A stretch of DNA of 64,000 nt. It comes from an uncultured Verrucomicrobiae bacterium. GTDB lineage: Bacteria; Verrucomicrobiota; Verrucomicrobiia; Chthoniobacterales; UBA10450. The stretch spans positions 576,001-640,000 of the forward strand of contig CAVWPA010000001.1 in NCBI GenBank assembly GCA_963756875.1. Reading direction: 5' to 3'. The notes beneath the pieces were generated by a model, which saw only the letters and a program-made list of their open reading frames with translations, was not told the origin of the DNA and made no database searches. The translations under genes were made by a program, and so were the position numbers. Shown here one piece after another: positions 10,339 through 21,602 of the stretch. The first letter of the stretch is position 1; every line of letters starts with the position of its first letter.

Positions 10339-11857
10339 AGCCGGCAAAGTTTACCTGGTTGGCGCGGGACCGGGCGATCTCGGGCTCGTGACATTGCGCG
10401 CGAGGGAATGCATCGAACGCGCGGACGTAATTGTTTACGATCACCTGGTTAATCCCGAAATGCTTGGTTGGGCGCGCGAGAATGCGGAGATCATTTACGC
10501 TGGAAAGCGCGCGGGCGATCACGTGCTGAGCCAGGATGAGATTAACAGTCTGCTTGTCGAACGGGCAAAGGCCGGAAAAGAAGTAGTGCGGTTGAAAGGC
10601 GGCGACCCATTTGTTTTTGGACGCGGCGCCGAGGAAGCGAAGTCGATCGGCGACGCCGGATTGAAATTTGAGATCGTCCCGGGAATCACGTCGGCTATCG
10701 CCGGTCCTGCGTATGCGGGCATCCCCGTGACTCATCGCGCGGAGAATTCGCACGTTACATTTTTCACGGGCCATGAAGATCCGGCGAAGCAGGGGAGCGC
10801 CATTAATTATGCGGCGCTGGCCCAGCTCGGGGGGACGCAGGTGATGCTGATGGGCGTGGAACGGCTGGAAGGGATCACCCGGGAAATGGTGAGCAAGGGT
10901 GTACGCGCCGATCTGCCGGTTGCGCTGGTGCGGTGGGCAACCACGGGGCGGCAGGAGACGGTGATCGGCACGCTCCAGGATATCGCGCAGCGCGCGCTCG
11001 AATCCGGCCTGGAAGCGCCGGCAGTGGCGGTGTTTGGCGAAGTGGTTTCCTGGCGGAAAGATCTGAATTGGTACGAGAAGCGTCCCCTGTACGGAAAACG
11101 AATTGTCGTGACCCGCACGCGCAAACAAGCTGGCGCGTTGAGCAGCCAGCTGCGCGCATTGGGCGCGGATGTTTTTGAATTACCGACTATCCGGATTGTG
11201 CCGCCGACCGATTTGCGCGAATTCGCGGAACTGGTGCAGGACGCGCACGCTTACGATTGGATCGTATTTACCAGTCCTAACGGCGTGGACGCCTTTTTCG
11301 AGATGTTCTATAAGCTTTATGACGACGCGCGTGAAGTCGGCGCTGCCAAAATCGCGGCGATCGGTCCGGCTACCGCACAACGCGTGCGAGACTTTCGCCT
11401 GCACGTCGATCTTCAGCCGGAGGAATTCGTGGCGGAAGCGGTTGTTCGCGCGTTCCAAAAGCAAGGGAGCGTGGAAAACCTGCGAATCCTTTTGGCGCGT
11501 GCGGAAAAGGCGCGGGACGTGCTTCCGAGAGAGCTTTCGAGGCTGGGAGCCATTGTGGACGAAGGTTTTGCTTATCGCACGGAAGCGGAAACGCGCGACA
11601 TAACAGGCGCGCGCCGCCGCCTTTTGGAGGAAGGGGCCGATCTGATCACCTTTACCAGCTCTTCGACGGTGGAAAATTTTCTCGCACTGGGAGTTCCCTG
11701 GCCGGCAGGAATGCAAGTCGCCAGTATCGGTCCGATCACGTCGAAGACAGCGCGCGATCATGGATTATCCGTCGACATCGAAGCGGAGCGTCACGATATC
11801 GAAGGGCTGGTTGAAGTGATCCGAAAATTTTTTACAGGCGTAAAAGGCGATGAGTAA
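10319..11857 (+). CDS. cobA: Uroporphyrinogen-III C-methyltransferase / uroporphyrinogen-III synthase fusion (CobA-HemD)
   Basis: VGAGPGD and RLKGGDPFVFGRG in the N-terminal half; WIVFTSPNGV and FTSSSTV (HemD) in the C-terminal half. Confidence 0.95.
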   Translation: MSTSKNKAGKVYLVGAGPGDLGLVTLRARECIERADVIVYDHLVNPEMLGWARENAEIIYAGKRAGDHVLSQDEINSLLVERAKAGKEVVRLKGGDPFVFGRGAEEAKSIGDAGLKFEIVPGITSAIAGPAYAGIPVTHRAENSHVTFFTGHEDPAKQGSAINYAALAQLGGTQVMLMGVERLEGITREMVSKGVRADLPVALVRWATTGRQETVIGTLQDIAQRALESGLEAPAVAVFGEVVSWRKDLNWYEKRPLYGKRIVVTRTRKQAGALSSQLRALGADVFELPTIRIVPPTDLREFAELVQDAHAYDWIVFTSPNGVDAFFEMFYKLYDDAREVGAAKIAAIGPATAQRVRDFRLHVDLQPEEFVAEAVVRAFQKQGSVENLRILLARAEKARDVLPRELSRLGAIVDEGFAYRTEAETRDITGARRRLLEEGADLITFTSSSTVENFLALGVPWPAGMQVASIGPITSKTARDHGLSVDIEAERHDIEGLVEVIRKFFTGVKGDE

Positions 11858-12566
11858 CGTGGACACCCAATCGGATGAGTTCGCCGCCGCGATGCAGCAA
11901 CTTGGCGCCGAAGCAGTCAAAACGTTGCCGCTCGAGGCCGCGCTTGTGGGCGATCAAAGCGGGCTCTTGCAAAATGAAACTCTGTTTCAAACGCTCAACA
12001 GCAGCCTCCAGAATCTGGAGAAAGCCCTGGTGGATCGGCTGGACAAACTAGCGACCGAACTTTCCGCTAAACCGGCGGATTTTGGGCGAGTATTTCAAAA
12101 GATCGACGAACAATTGGCGGCGATTCGCGGGAGCGAGAGTGTTAATCAGCAATTATTCGATTCGCTGCATGGCGAACTGTTGAAGTACCGCGACAATTTT
12201 TTGCATGAATCGCTTCAGAAGCCCTTCATTCACGATCTCGTTCTTCTGTATGACGATCTGAACAGTCTCGGCGAGCAATTGCGCGGGGCGGCGGCGGAGA
12301 AGAATGGAAAGCGCGGTCATCTGGCGCAGTGGCGCGATAATCTTGAGAATGCGATTCATTCTCTTGTCGAGATTCTTCACCGGTTTGAGGTCAGGGAAAT
12401 TGAACCCAAAGAGCGCGTCGATCGCTCTTATCACCGGGTCATCAGCTATGAGCAGGCGGACTTTCCGGAAGAAGACGGCCTCATCGTCATGCGGGTGAAA
12501 CGCGGTTTCTTCTGGCGCGGGAAGCTTATCCGGCCGGAAGAAGTCATTGCAAAGCGCTTCGGTTAA
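11850..12566 (+). CDS. grpE: Atypical GrpE-family nucleotide exchange factor
   Basis: Long coiled coil, then H-x-V...VKRGFFWRGKLIRPEEV, matching the GrpE C-terminal beta domain. Confidence 0.8.
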   Translation: MSNVDTQSDEFAAAMQQLGAEAVKTLPLEAALVGDQSGLLQNETLFQTLNSSLQNLEKALVDRLDKLATELSAKPADFGRVFQKIDEQLAAIRGSESVNQQLFDSLHGELLKYRDNFLHESLQKPFIHDLVLLYDDLNSLGEQLRGAAAEKNGKRGHLAQWRDNLENAIHSLVEILHRFEVREIEPKERVDRSYHRVISYEQADFPEEDGLIVMRVKRGFFWRGKLIRPEEVIAKRFG

Positions 12567-12743
12567 TTTCCGAAAACTGGAAGCTCCCGGGGACGCGATA
12601 GAAAAGCGCGCTTCAATCGCACGCATTTGCACCCTTTGCGCTGCCGAAATGCGGCCGTCGAAATTCGAAGGTCTTCGGCATGAAAGCTGCAGTGAAAAGA
12701 GACGGAAATCGCAAGGGTTTTCTCAGAATTCTCTCGTCCGCAT

Positions 12744-14306
12744 ATGGCCAAACGCAAAGCAGTCGGAATTGATCTAGGTACTACCTTCTCGGCCGTGGCG
12801 CACATTGATGCCTACGGCAAACCGCAAATCACACCGAACACGGAAAGCGAGCGCATTACGCCCTCCGTGATTCTGTTTGATGGAGCGAACGTGATTGTCG
12901 GGACGCATGCCAAAAATAGCGCTGTGGCTGAGCCCGAAAAGATCGTCGATTTCGTAAAGCGCGAAATGGGCAAGCCGAAGGAGCAGTTTCACCGCTCTTT
13001 TGATGACAAGGTCTATTCTGCCGAAGAGCTTTCAGCGCTCGTCATCAAAAAATTAAAAAACGACGCGGAAAAGTACCTCGGGGAATCCGTCACCGATGCA
13101 GTGATCACCGTGCCGGCATATTTCAACGACGCGGAGAGGATCGCCACGATCACAGCCGGACAGCTCGCAGGACTGAATGTTCTGCAGCTCATCAACGAGC
13201 CGACTGCAGCGGCCCTGGCCTACGGGTTGGACAAACTCGACGAGAATCAGACCGTCTTCGTGTTCGATCTGGGTGGCGGCACATTCGATGTGACCATCAT
13301 GCGCATCCTGGATCACAAGATCGAGATGCTTGCGACCAATGGCGATCATCGCCTCGGCGGCAAAGATTGGGACGACGTGATTGTAAATATGGTGGCCGAA
13401 GAGTTCGATCGCCGTCACAAGGAAAACCCGCTGCTCGATTTGCAGAGTTATCAAGATCTCCAAAGCCGCGCGATCACCGCTAAAATCCAGCTATCCTGCC
13501 GGGCGCGCACTACGATCGTACACCATCATGGCGGCAAAAGCGCGAAAGTGGAACTTACCCGCAGGGAATTCGAGCAGTCCACGCGGCATCTGGTCGAAAA
13601 ATGCAAAACAATTTGCGAAATGGTCATGCAGGAGGCCAAGCTGAAGTGGGACAAGATCGACAAGGTGCTTCTGGTCGGAGGCATGACACGTGTGCCGATG
13701 ATTCGCGCGATGATTTCCGAGCTTTCCTCGAAACCATTCGTCGATCATGTCAATCCGGACGAGGCGGTCGCGCTCGGTGCTGCGATTCAGGCCGTGCTTT
13801 CAATGCTGAATGAGGAGAACGCTTCGGGTGAAAAACTTCTGAACGACACGACGCGCCAGCAATTTTCCTCGCTCGATGGCGGCCTGATTCAGGTTACCGA
13901 TATTACCTCGCACACGCTGGGTGTTGTTCTCTGGGATGAAAAACATCTCCAGGAATACGTGTTTCCGATGATTCGAAAGATGACGGCCATCCCGGCCGTG
14001 GTGCGAAACTCCTTCGGCACCGCGAGTTCCAACATGCAACGCGCAGTAGTAAAGGTGGTCGAAGGGGAGAGCACACTTCCCGCCGAGTGCACGGCGCTCG
14101 GTATTTGCGATGTCCAGTTGCCGCCGTTTTTGCCGAAGGGGTCGCCGGTTGAACTCACTTACCAATATAACGCCAACCAGGTGCTCGAGGTGCAAGTGCA
14201 GGCCGCCGGTAATCACGGCAAGGTCTCCATCAACCGCAACACCGGTCTGGCTCCCGAAGACATTCAAAAGGCGACGTCTGGCTTACAAGAGCTCAATGTC
14301 AGCTAA
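12744..14306 (+). CDS. Hsp70-family protein (short, non-canonical DnaK paralogue)
   Basis: GIDLGTT, VITVPAYF, NEPTAAA, DLGGGTFD and LVGGMTRVP motifs; only 520 aa. Confidence 0.95.
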   Translation: MAKRKAVGIDLGTTFSAVAHIDAYGKPQITPNTESERITPSVILFDGANVIVGTHAKNSAVAEPEKIVDFVKREMGKPKEQFHRSFDDKVYSAEELSALVIKKLKNDAEKYLGESVTDAVITVPAYFNDAERIATITAGQLAGLNVLQLINEPTAAALAYGLDKLDENQTVFVFDLGGGTFDVTIMRILDHKIEMLATNGDHRLGGKDWDDVIVNMVAEEFDRRHKENPLLDLQSYQDLQSRAITAKIQLSCRARTTIVHHHGGKSAKVELTRREFEQSTRHLVEKCKTICEMVMQEAKLKWDKIDKVLLVGGMTRVPMIRAMISELSSKPFVDHVNPDEAVALGAAIQAVLSMLNEENASGEKLLNDTTRQQFSSLDGGLIQVTDITSHTLGVVLWDEKHLQEYVFPMIRKMTAIPAVVRNSFGTASSNMQRAVVKVVEGESTLPAECTALGICDVQLPPFLPKGSPVELTYQYNANQVLEVQVQAAGNHGKVSINRNTGLAPEDIQKATSGLQELNVS

Positions 14307-14308
14307 GC

Positions 14309-15937
14309 ATGGCGGAATGCGACGTTACTTTCCCTCTTCCGCTGCCCGATGATCCGCGAAAGTGGGACGGGTGGAACAAGTATGATTCCCCGAATCTCTA
14401 CGAACGACTTTGTCTGGATCCTTATTCCAATCCGAATGACCAGCTGATCGAAGAACATTGCCGCGAGCTGTTGCGCTGGTGGCAAAAAAAGCTGCCGCTC
14501 AAGAATCAGCCCAGCAATCCTCTGGCGCAATTACTTCGTTCCGGTCTCGAGGAATCTTCGCGATTCCTTACCGAAGCCCGTGCCGAACTTCTCGATCCCG
14601 AACGGCGCCGTGCGGTCGATGAAGTGCTGGCCGCGCAAAAGCATGAGGAAGCGCTCGCCGAATTTCGCAAGTATTTCCATTTTGCGACTGCAACCGGGAT
14701 GCTGACCGACCAGGAAGAAAAAAATCTGGTCTATTTCGGAGCCGAACACGGACTTGCTCGCGACGAAGTTATCTCCCTGATTGAAACCGGATTAAAGGAA
14801 AAAGGTGTTGAGCGCGCAAAGCCAACGCCGCCCCCTCCGCCTGTCTCCCCGTCGAAGAACGGAGCCAGCACCAATCCGCAGGAGGAATTTTTGCGAGTAC
14901 TGCGCCTGAGCAACCTCGATAGCGCGGGAATGAGCGACGATCAACGGGACACTTTCATCGATATGGCTGAAAATCTCGGTGTCGATCCGGGCGAGGCCGA
15001 GGACATTGTGGATCTTTATCTGGAAGAGGCAGATGAAAAATCGTTTGGCCCGGCGGCGGTGTCGTCGGCTGTTAAAACCGAAGTAGTCAGGCCGGCGGTT
15101 GTGCAGCAGAAACCGGCTCCTACAGCGTTAACCGTAGCGCAAAAGCCGGCGGTGTTGATACCAAAGCCCGAAATCAATGTCGAATCCGAACGGGCGCGCT
15201 ATACCAATTTCGAAAATTCGATTGGCGGACAAATGTTTTTCATTCCTTCAGCGGAATTTGTGCTGGGAAGCGAAGCCGAGGACGCGGCTCCCAATGAGCG
15301 CCCGCTAACCGGGGTTACGCTCGGCCGTTATTACCTTTCGCGCCATCTCGTTACCAATGTCCAATATGAGCAATTTGATCCCGCGCATGCGCGTAAGCGC
15401 GCTCCGGGCACAGGCGATACACATCCGGTTGTCTATGTGAGCAGCCTGGATGCGATCAAATTTTGTCAGTGGCTGAGCGGACGCGAACACAGGAAATACC
15501 GGCTGCCAACTGAGGCGGAATGGGAATACGCAGCCAAAGGAAACGACGGCCGCAGATATCCGTGGGGAAACTACGAAGGCCGCGGAGATCTCGCCAATTT
15601 TGCCGATCGGAACACCGTCTTTGCCTGGAGCGACCGCGAAATCGATGACGGTTATCCGGAGAGCTCGCCCGTGGGGGCCTTCCCGCTCGGCGCCAGCCCG
15701 TTTGGCATCGAAGACATGGCGGGCAACGTGTGGGAATGGTGCCTCGATTATTACGAGCCGTATCGCGGTGCGCATAAGGCGAATCCGCGTGGGGCTACCG
15801 GCGGCGCGAAGCGGGTCTATCGCGGCGGAAGCTGGAAATCGCGATTTAGCAGCCTGCGGACGACTGTTCGCGGTTTCAATGTGCCAAACTTTTCCTGCAA
15901 CGACCTTGGCTTTCGCGTCGTTTGCGAATGCGATTGA
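14309..15937 (+). CDS. Degenerate J-like domain + two helical repeats + C-terminal FGE-sulfatase (SUMF1/C-type-lectin-fold) domain protein
   Basis: RLPTEAEWEYAA, YPWG, DMAGNVWEW, RGGSW and GFR motifs; N-terminal NLYERLCL...EARAELLDPERRRAVD. Confidence 0.88.
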   Translation: MAECDVTFPLPLPDDPRKWDGWNKYDSPNLYERLCLDPYSNPNDQLIEEHCRELLRWWQKKLPLKNQPSNPLAQLLRSGLEESSRFLTEARAELLDPERRRAVDEVLAAQKHEEALAEFRKYFHFATATGMLTDQEEKNLVYFGAEHGLARDEVISLIETGLKEKGVERAKPTPPPPPVSPSKNGASTNPQEEFLRVLRLSNLDSAGMSDDQRDTFIDMAENLGVDPGEAEDIVDLYLEEADEKSFGPAAVSSAVKTEVVRPAVVQQKPAPTALTVAQKPAVLIPKPEINVESERARYTNFENSIGGQMFFIPSAEFVLGSEAEDAAPNERPLTGVTLGRYYLSRHLVTNVQYEQFDPAHARKRAPGTGDTHPVVYVSSLDAIKFCQWLSGREHRKYRLPTEAEWEYAAKGNDGRRYPWGNYEGRGDLANFADRNTVFAWSDREIDDGYPESSPVGAFPLGASPFGIEDMAGNVWEWCLDYYEPYRGAHKANPRGATGGAKRVYRGGSWKSRFSSLRTTVRGFNVPNFSCNDLGFRVVCECD

Positions 15938-15995
15938 GGAAGATTGAAGGGTCAAATCGTCATTCGACGTAACCCCATTTTAACGATTTAACGTC

Positions 15996-16190
15996 TTACG
16001 GGTTAAATCGGAACTTGGTTCGGCCCCGTTTCGCGTTGTTCTTCGCTTTGCGGCGATGCTTTTGCGACGGCGTCTCGAACGCGCGCAGGCGCCGGACTTC
16101 TTCAAGAATGCCCTCGGCATCGAGCTTGTTCTTCAGCCGCTTCAACGCGCGATCTACGGGCTCACCTTTACGAACGATCACTTCTGGCAT
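15996..16190 (-). CDS. rpsU: 30S ribosomal protein S21
   Basis: VRKGEPVDRALKRLK...FETPS. Confidence 0.95.
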   Translation of the reverse strand: MPEVIVRKGEPVDRALKRLKNKLDAEGILEEVRRLRAFETPSQKHRRKAKNNAKRGRTKFRFNP

Positions 16191-16395
16191 CGAATCATCA
16201 CTCCTGGGTTAAAAATCCAAATTCTTAAGTGCAAATGCCGTGCTAGGCGAGGCGGAGCCTAAGCGGCCCCATGCGGTTCGTCAAATGGTGTTAATAACTT
16301 TGGTCCGCGCGGCTGGCGAAGGAGCCGAAAGAAGGGGAAACAGCAAGCCAATTCGCGTGAGCCAACTAGCCTATAAGTTGTTTCCGATGTTATGC

Positions 16396-18738
16396 TTATG
16401 ACGAAGCAGCCGGCTTGGCTGCGGTGGCCTTCTGAGTAATCTCGCGCCGCAGCGTGCTGGTGCTCCCGCCCCGGGCCCGCGTCCACCAAAGAACGATGGG
16501 TGACGCGATAAAGATGGAAGAATAGGTGCCGACGGCGACCCCAATGATAATGGCGAGGGAAAAATCGCGCAGCACCTCCCCGCCGAGGAAGAACAGGCAA
16601 AGAATCGGGATCAGCGTCACCGTGCTGGTAAGAATAGTACGGCTCAGCGTCTGATTGATGCTCTCATTCATGATCTCTTCGATCTTGCCACGTTTTCCAC
16701 TGGCCAGGCCTTCCCGGATGCGGTCGAACACAACGATGGTGTCGTTGATGGAATAACCGGCGATGGTGAGGACGGCGCCGACCATGGTGAGAGTTAGTTC
16801 CCGGCCGAGCAGCGAAAACATACCGACCGTGATAATCACGTCATGCAACAACGCGACAATCGCGCCCACGGCAAAGGAGAGTTCGAAGCGAAACGTCACG
16901 AAAATGAGAATGCCAAGAATGCCCAGCCCGAGGGCGACGAGCGAACTTTTGGCCAGCTCGCTGCCGACAAGCGCACCGACTCGATCGGCGCGTTCGATGT
17001 GAAACCCGGTCCCCCCCAAAGATTGCATAATCTGTTTCTCCACCTTGTCGCTCGTATTCAACGGAGAGCGCACGGTGATGTAATTTTTGCCGGCTTGCGA
17101 TGATTCCTGGATCGATGCGTCCGCCAGACCAATTGGTTTCAGCGCTTCGCGCACTTGTCCGACGTTGATCGTTTTGGCGGAGCTCAGGGTCAACAAATCG
17201 CCGCCGCGAAAGTCCACGCCGAAATTCCTCTCGCCGCGAACATAGAACGCGCTGGCGCCGGCGATGATGAGCGCAAGCGAGCACATGCACGCCAGAAAGC
17301 CTTTGCCCAGGAAGTTGATGTTCTTGGAGGAAATCAGATGCAACATCGAGATCTTCTTGAGGCGCCCTGTGTCGACAAACCATTCCAGGGCGTTCCGCCC
17401 GACGATGAGAGCGGTGAAAAGCGAAGCCAGGATGCCGAATGTGAGCGAAATCGCGAAGCCTCTGACCGGTCCGCTTGCCTGCCAGAACAGAATCAGGGCA
17501 GTGATCAGTGTAGTGACGTTGGCATCGAAGATGGAGCTGAACGCCTTTTCGTAAGCGGTTTGGACTGCCGCCTTGAGCGATTTGCCGAGCGCCATCTCCT
17601 CCCGTAGTCGCTCGTAAATGAGCACACTCGCGTCCACTGAGAGACCGATTGTCAAAATAATGCCGGCGATTCCGGGCAACGTCAGGACGAAACGGAACAT
17701 GGTGAGGGCGCCAATCAGGAGAATCAGATTGATGATCAGCGCGAGGTTGGCGATGAGACCTGCAAGCTTGTAATAAACGAGCACGCAGACCAGCGTGATG
17801 GCCAGTCCCAGCAAGCCGGCTAGAACGCTCGCGCGGATCGAGTCTGCGCCGAGCGTGGGAGAAACGCTCCGCTCCTCCTCGATGCTGACCGGCGTCTGCA
17901 ACGGGTTCTCCAGCACGCTGGCCAGCTCGCGCGCCTCCTGCTCGCTGAAGCGGCCTGTAATGACCGCATCTCCGTTAAAGATGGGCACTTTGATCACCGG
18001 CGCAGATTGGATCACGCCATCCAGGATGATCGCAAACCGGTGCCCGACGTTCTCCTGGGTGATTTTGCCAAACTCTTTGGCGCCTACGCTGTCGAACCCA
18101 AGTTGCACCGTCCAGCCTTCGTTGCCGTAGTAAGCGTGGGACTCCCGCACGTGTTCGCCGCCCAGGTCCGCCTTCTTTTTTACGAGCAGCCGTTCTTGCG
18201 TCGGTTTTTCATTTCCTTCGGGAGCATGTGTGTAAACCTCAATCCGATAATCAGGCGGGATCACCGCCTGTCCCTTGTCGATCGCTGTCAGGCGCTGGCC
18301 GTTGTCCGGATAAACCATGCGAAACTCGAGCTTGGCTACGCGGGAAAGCTGCTCGCGCGCCTCCTGGATTTTGGCCGTATCGAGGCCCGGAATTTGGACG
18401 AGAATACGATCGTTGCCGACCGGGCTGATGACCGGCTCGCTAACGCCGAAATAATCGACACGCTTGCGGATGACCTCGACCGCCTGGTCGAGCATCGCCT
18501 TCGTGATTGCCTTGTCGGTCTGTTTCAGCCGGATGAGAAAAGAGGTGCCGCCCTGAATATCGAGGCCGAGCGAGATTTTTTTCTCCGGAGGCCAAACCGT
18601 GGCGATACTAAAAACGATCAGAAGGAGGACAAGAGTCGCGGCAAGGATCCGTTTTCGCAGACCGAACTCGGTCGCAAAATACCAGCCGAAAAGAATTAGC
18701 AACCCGATGCCGACAAAAAATGTGAGCGCGGGTGTCAT
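16396..18738 (-). CDS. secDF: Protein translocase SecDF fusion
   Basis: LGLDIQGG, IYERLREE, GVDFRGG and GYSINDTIVVFDRIRE motifs. Confidence 0.97.
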   Translation of the reverse strand: MTPALTFFVGIGLLILFGWYFATEFGLRKRILAATLVLLLIVFSIATVWPPEKKISLGLDIQGGTSFLIRLKQTDKAITKAMLDQAVEVIRKRVDYFGVSEPVISPVGNDRILVQIPGLDTAKIQEAREQLSRVAKLEFRMVYPDNGQRLTAIDKGQAVIPPDYRIEVYTHAPEGNEKPTQERLLVKKKADLGGEHVRESHAYYGNEGWTVQLGFDSVGAKEFGKITQENVGHRFAIILDGVIQSAPVIKVPIFNGDAVITGRFSEQEARELASVLENPLQTPVSIEEERSVSPTLGADSIRASVLAGLLGLAITLVCVLVYYKLAGLIANLALIINLILLIGALTMFRFVLTLPGIAGIILTIGLSVDASVLIYERLREEMALGKSLKAAVQTAYEKAFSSIFDANVTTLITALILFWQASGPVRGFAISLTFGILASLFTALIVGRNALEWFVDTGRLKKISMLHLISSKNINFLGKGFLACMCSLALIIAGASAFYVRGERNFGVDFRGGDLLTLSSAKTINVGQVREALKPIGLADASIQESSQAGKNYITVRSPLNTSDKVEKQIMQSLGGTGFHIERADRVGALVGSELAKSSLVALGLGILGILIFVTFRFELSFAVGAIVALLHDVIITVGMFSLLGRELTLTMVGAVLTIAGYSINDTIVVFDRIREGLASGKRGKIEEIMNESINQTLSRTILTSTVTLIPILCLFFLGGEVLRDFSLAIIIGVAVGTYSSIFIASPIVLWWTRARGGSTSTLRREITQKATAAKPAASS

Positions 18739-18740
18739 TA

Positions 18741-18775
18741 GATTGCGGATTGCGAACTGCGGACCGCGGATTTCG
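18741..18775. repeat. Heptamer tandem array (GATTGCG-like) x5, immediately upstream of the secDF start
   Basis: GATTGCG GATTGCG AACTGCG GACCGCG GATTTCG. Confidence 0.8.
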
Positions 18776-18826
18776 CGGCCTGTCTCTTCGAATTGATCGT
18801 GAGCATATTAACCCGCCGTCACTCAA

Positions 18827-19141
18827 CTACTCCGACTTTAACACGCTCGTGACCGCCGATTTTTCCATCTCGATCTTCACGTTGTCGGCCACCTTCACGA
18901 TCACGGTCGCCTCCTTCACGTTCGCAATCAGTCCGTGAATCCCGGCGTTGGTCACTACACGGTCTCCGGTTTTCAAACTTGCAATCAGGCGCTGCTGTTC
19001 CTGTTGACGCTTTTTCTGCGGTCGGAACAGCACAAAGTACATGATGACGAAAATGAAAATGAACGGGATAAAAAAACCGATCCCGCCGCCTGGGCTGCTG
19101 GGCGCGGCAGGGTGCGCTTGAGCTAGAAAGAGAAACATCAT
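18827..19141 (-). CDS. yajC: Preprotein translocase subunit YajC
   Basis: TM helix + RPQKKRQ...LKTGDRVVTNAGIHG; conserved tgt-yajC-secDF order. Confidence 0.97.
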   Translation of the reverse strand: MMFLFLAQAHPAAPSSPGGGIGFFIPFIFIFVIMYFVLFRPQKKRQQEQQRLIASLKTGDRVVTNAGIHGLIANVKEATVIVKVADNVKIEMEKSAVTSVLKSE

Positions 19142-19209
19142 GCTGAAATTCCGGTGAGCGGGAGCTTAAACGCGAACGCCTCGGCTGCAATTTTTCTTTG
19201 TCGTTTTTC

Positions 19210-20598
<1,389 letters not shown>

Positions 20599-20669
20599 TT
20601 ACGCGATCTGGGCGGGTTTTTTGTCGCCCGCAATGGCCTCATCGCGCGGCGGCTTTTATTTGACGAACA

Positions 20670-21101
20670 ATGCCCACGATTAATCAGCTGATTCGAAAAG
20701 GACGCCGGAAGGTGTCGGTGAAATCGAAGTCGCCGGCGCTGACCAATTGTCCGCAACGGCGCGGTGTCTGCGTGCAGGTAATGACGCGCACGCCGAAAAA
20801 GCCGAACTCCGCCTTGCGTAAAGTGGCCAAGGTCCGCTTGACGAACGGCCAGGAAGTGATTGCCTACATTCCGGGCGAGGGGCACAATTTACAGGAGCAC
20901 TCGATTGTGCTCGTGCGCGGCGGACGAGTGAAGGATTTGCCGGGTGTCCGCTATCATATTGTGCGTGGAACGCTCGACTCGTTAGGCGTCGACGGGCGCC
21001 GTCGAAGCCGCTCCAAATATGGAGCAAAGCGCCCGAAAAGTGGCGCGGGCGGTGGCGCGGCGGCAAAGGCGGCGCCTGCAGCCAAGGAAGAAAAGAAGTA
21101 A
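20670..21101 (+). CDS. rpsL: 30S ribosomal protein S12
   Basis: MPTINQL...[10 protein letters not shown]...KDLPGVRY. Confidence 0.99.
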   Translation: MPTINQLIRKGRRKVSVKSKSPALTNCPQRRGVCVQVMTRTPKKPNSALRKVAKVRLTNGQEVIAYIPGEGHNLQEHSIVLVRGGRVKDLPGVRYHIVRGTLDSLGVDGRRRSRSKYGAKRPKSGAGGGAAAKAAPAAKEEKK

Positions 21102-21122
21102 TTTTGGAGAAAAAGGTCGATC

Positions 21123-21596
21123 ATGTCGCGACGGAGAAAGGTTTATAAAAAGGAAGAGCGCGTCGATTCCCGCTATGGGAGTCCGGCGGTCGCGCGGCTC
21201 ATTACCACCGTGATGAAGCGCGGCAAGAAATCGCTCGCGGAGCGGATTGTTTACACCGCGATCGAGAAGTCGCGCGAAGGGTCCGATTCAGTCGATCCGC
21301 TGGAAGTGATAAACAAGGCGATCGAAAACGTTCGTCCGCGCCTGGAGGTCAAGTCTCGGCGCGTCGGCGGCGCAACGTATCAAGTGCCGATGGAAGTCAC
21401 ACCCGCCCGGCAAATTTCTCTCGCGACCCGCTGGATTGTTCTGTACGCGGACAACCGAAAAGGCATGCCAATGGCAGAGGCGCTCGCGCAGGAAATCAAG
21501 GACGCGGCGTCGGGCCAGGGGAACGCGATCAAGAAGCGCGAAGACACACATAAGATGGCGCAAGCGAACCGCGCGTTTGCGCATTTCCGCTGGTAA
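21123..21596 (+). CDS. rpsG: 30S ribosomal protein S7
   Basis: VKSRRVGGATYQVP...ANRAFAHFRW. Confidence 0.99.
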   Translation: MSRRRKVYKKEERVDSRYGSPAVARLITTVMKRGKKSLAERIVYTAIEKSREGSDSVDPLEVINKAIENVRPRLEVKSRRVGGATYQVPMEVTPARQISLATRWIVLYADNRKGMPMAEALAQEIKDAASGQGNAIKKREDTHKMAQANRAFAHFRW

Positions 21597-21602
21597 AGAT
21601 TT

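Noticed and set aside
7297..11128. Long antisense ORFs (e.g. 7297..8316, 10046..11128) and similar shadows across the window
   Set aside because: They overlap well-supported genes and lack motifs; expected in GC-rich DNA
15780..15937. FGE C-terminus as the variable region of a diversity-generating retroelement
   Set aside because: No reverse transcriptase and no template-repeat copy seen in the window; a remote DGR cannot be excluded
16200..16395. tRNA or other RNA gene between rpsU and secDF
   Set aside because: No cloverleaf or T-loop consensus found on either strand
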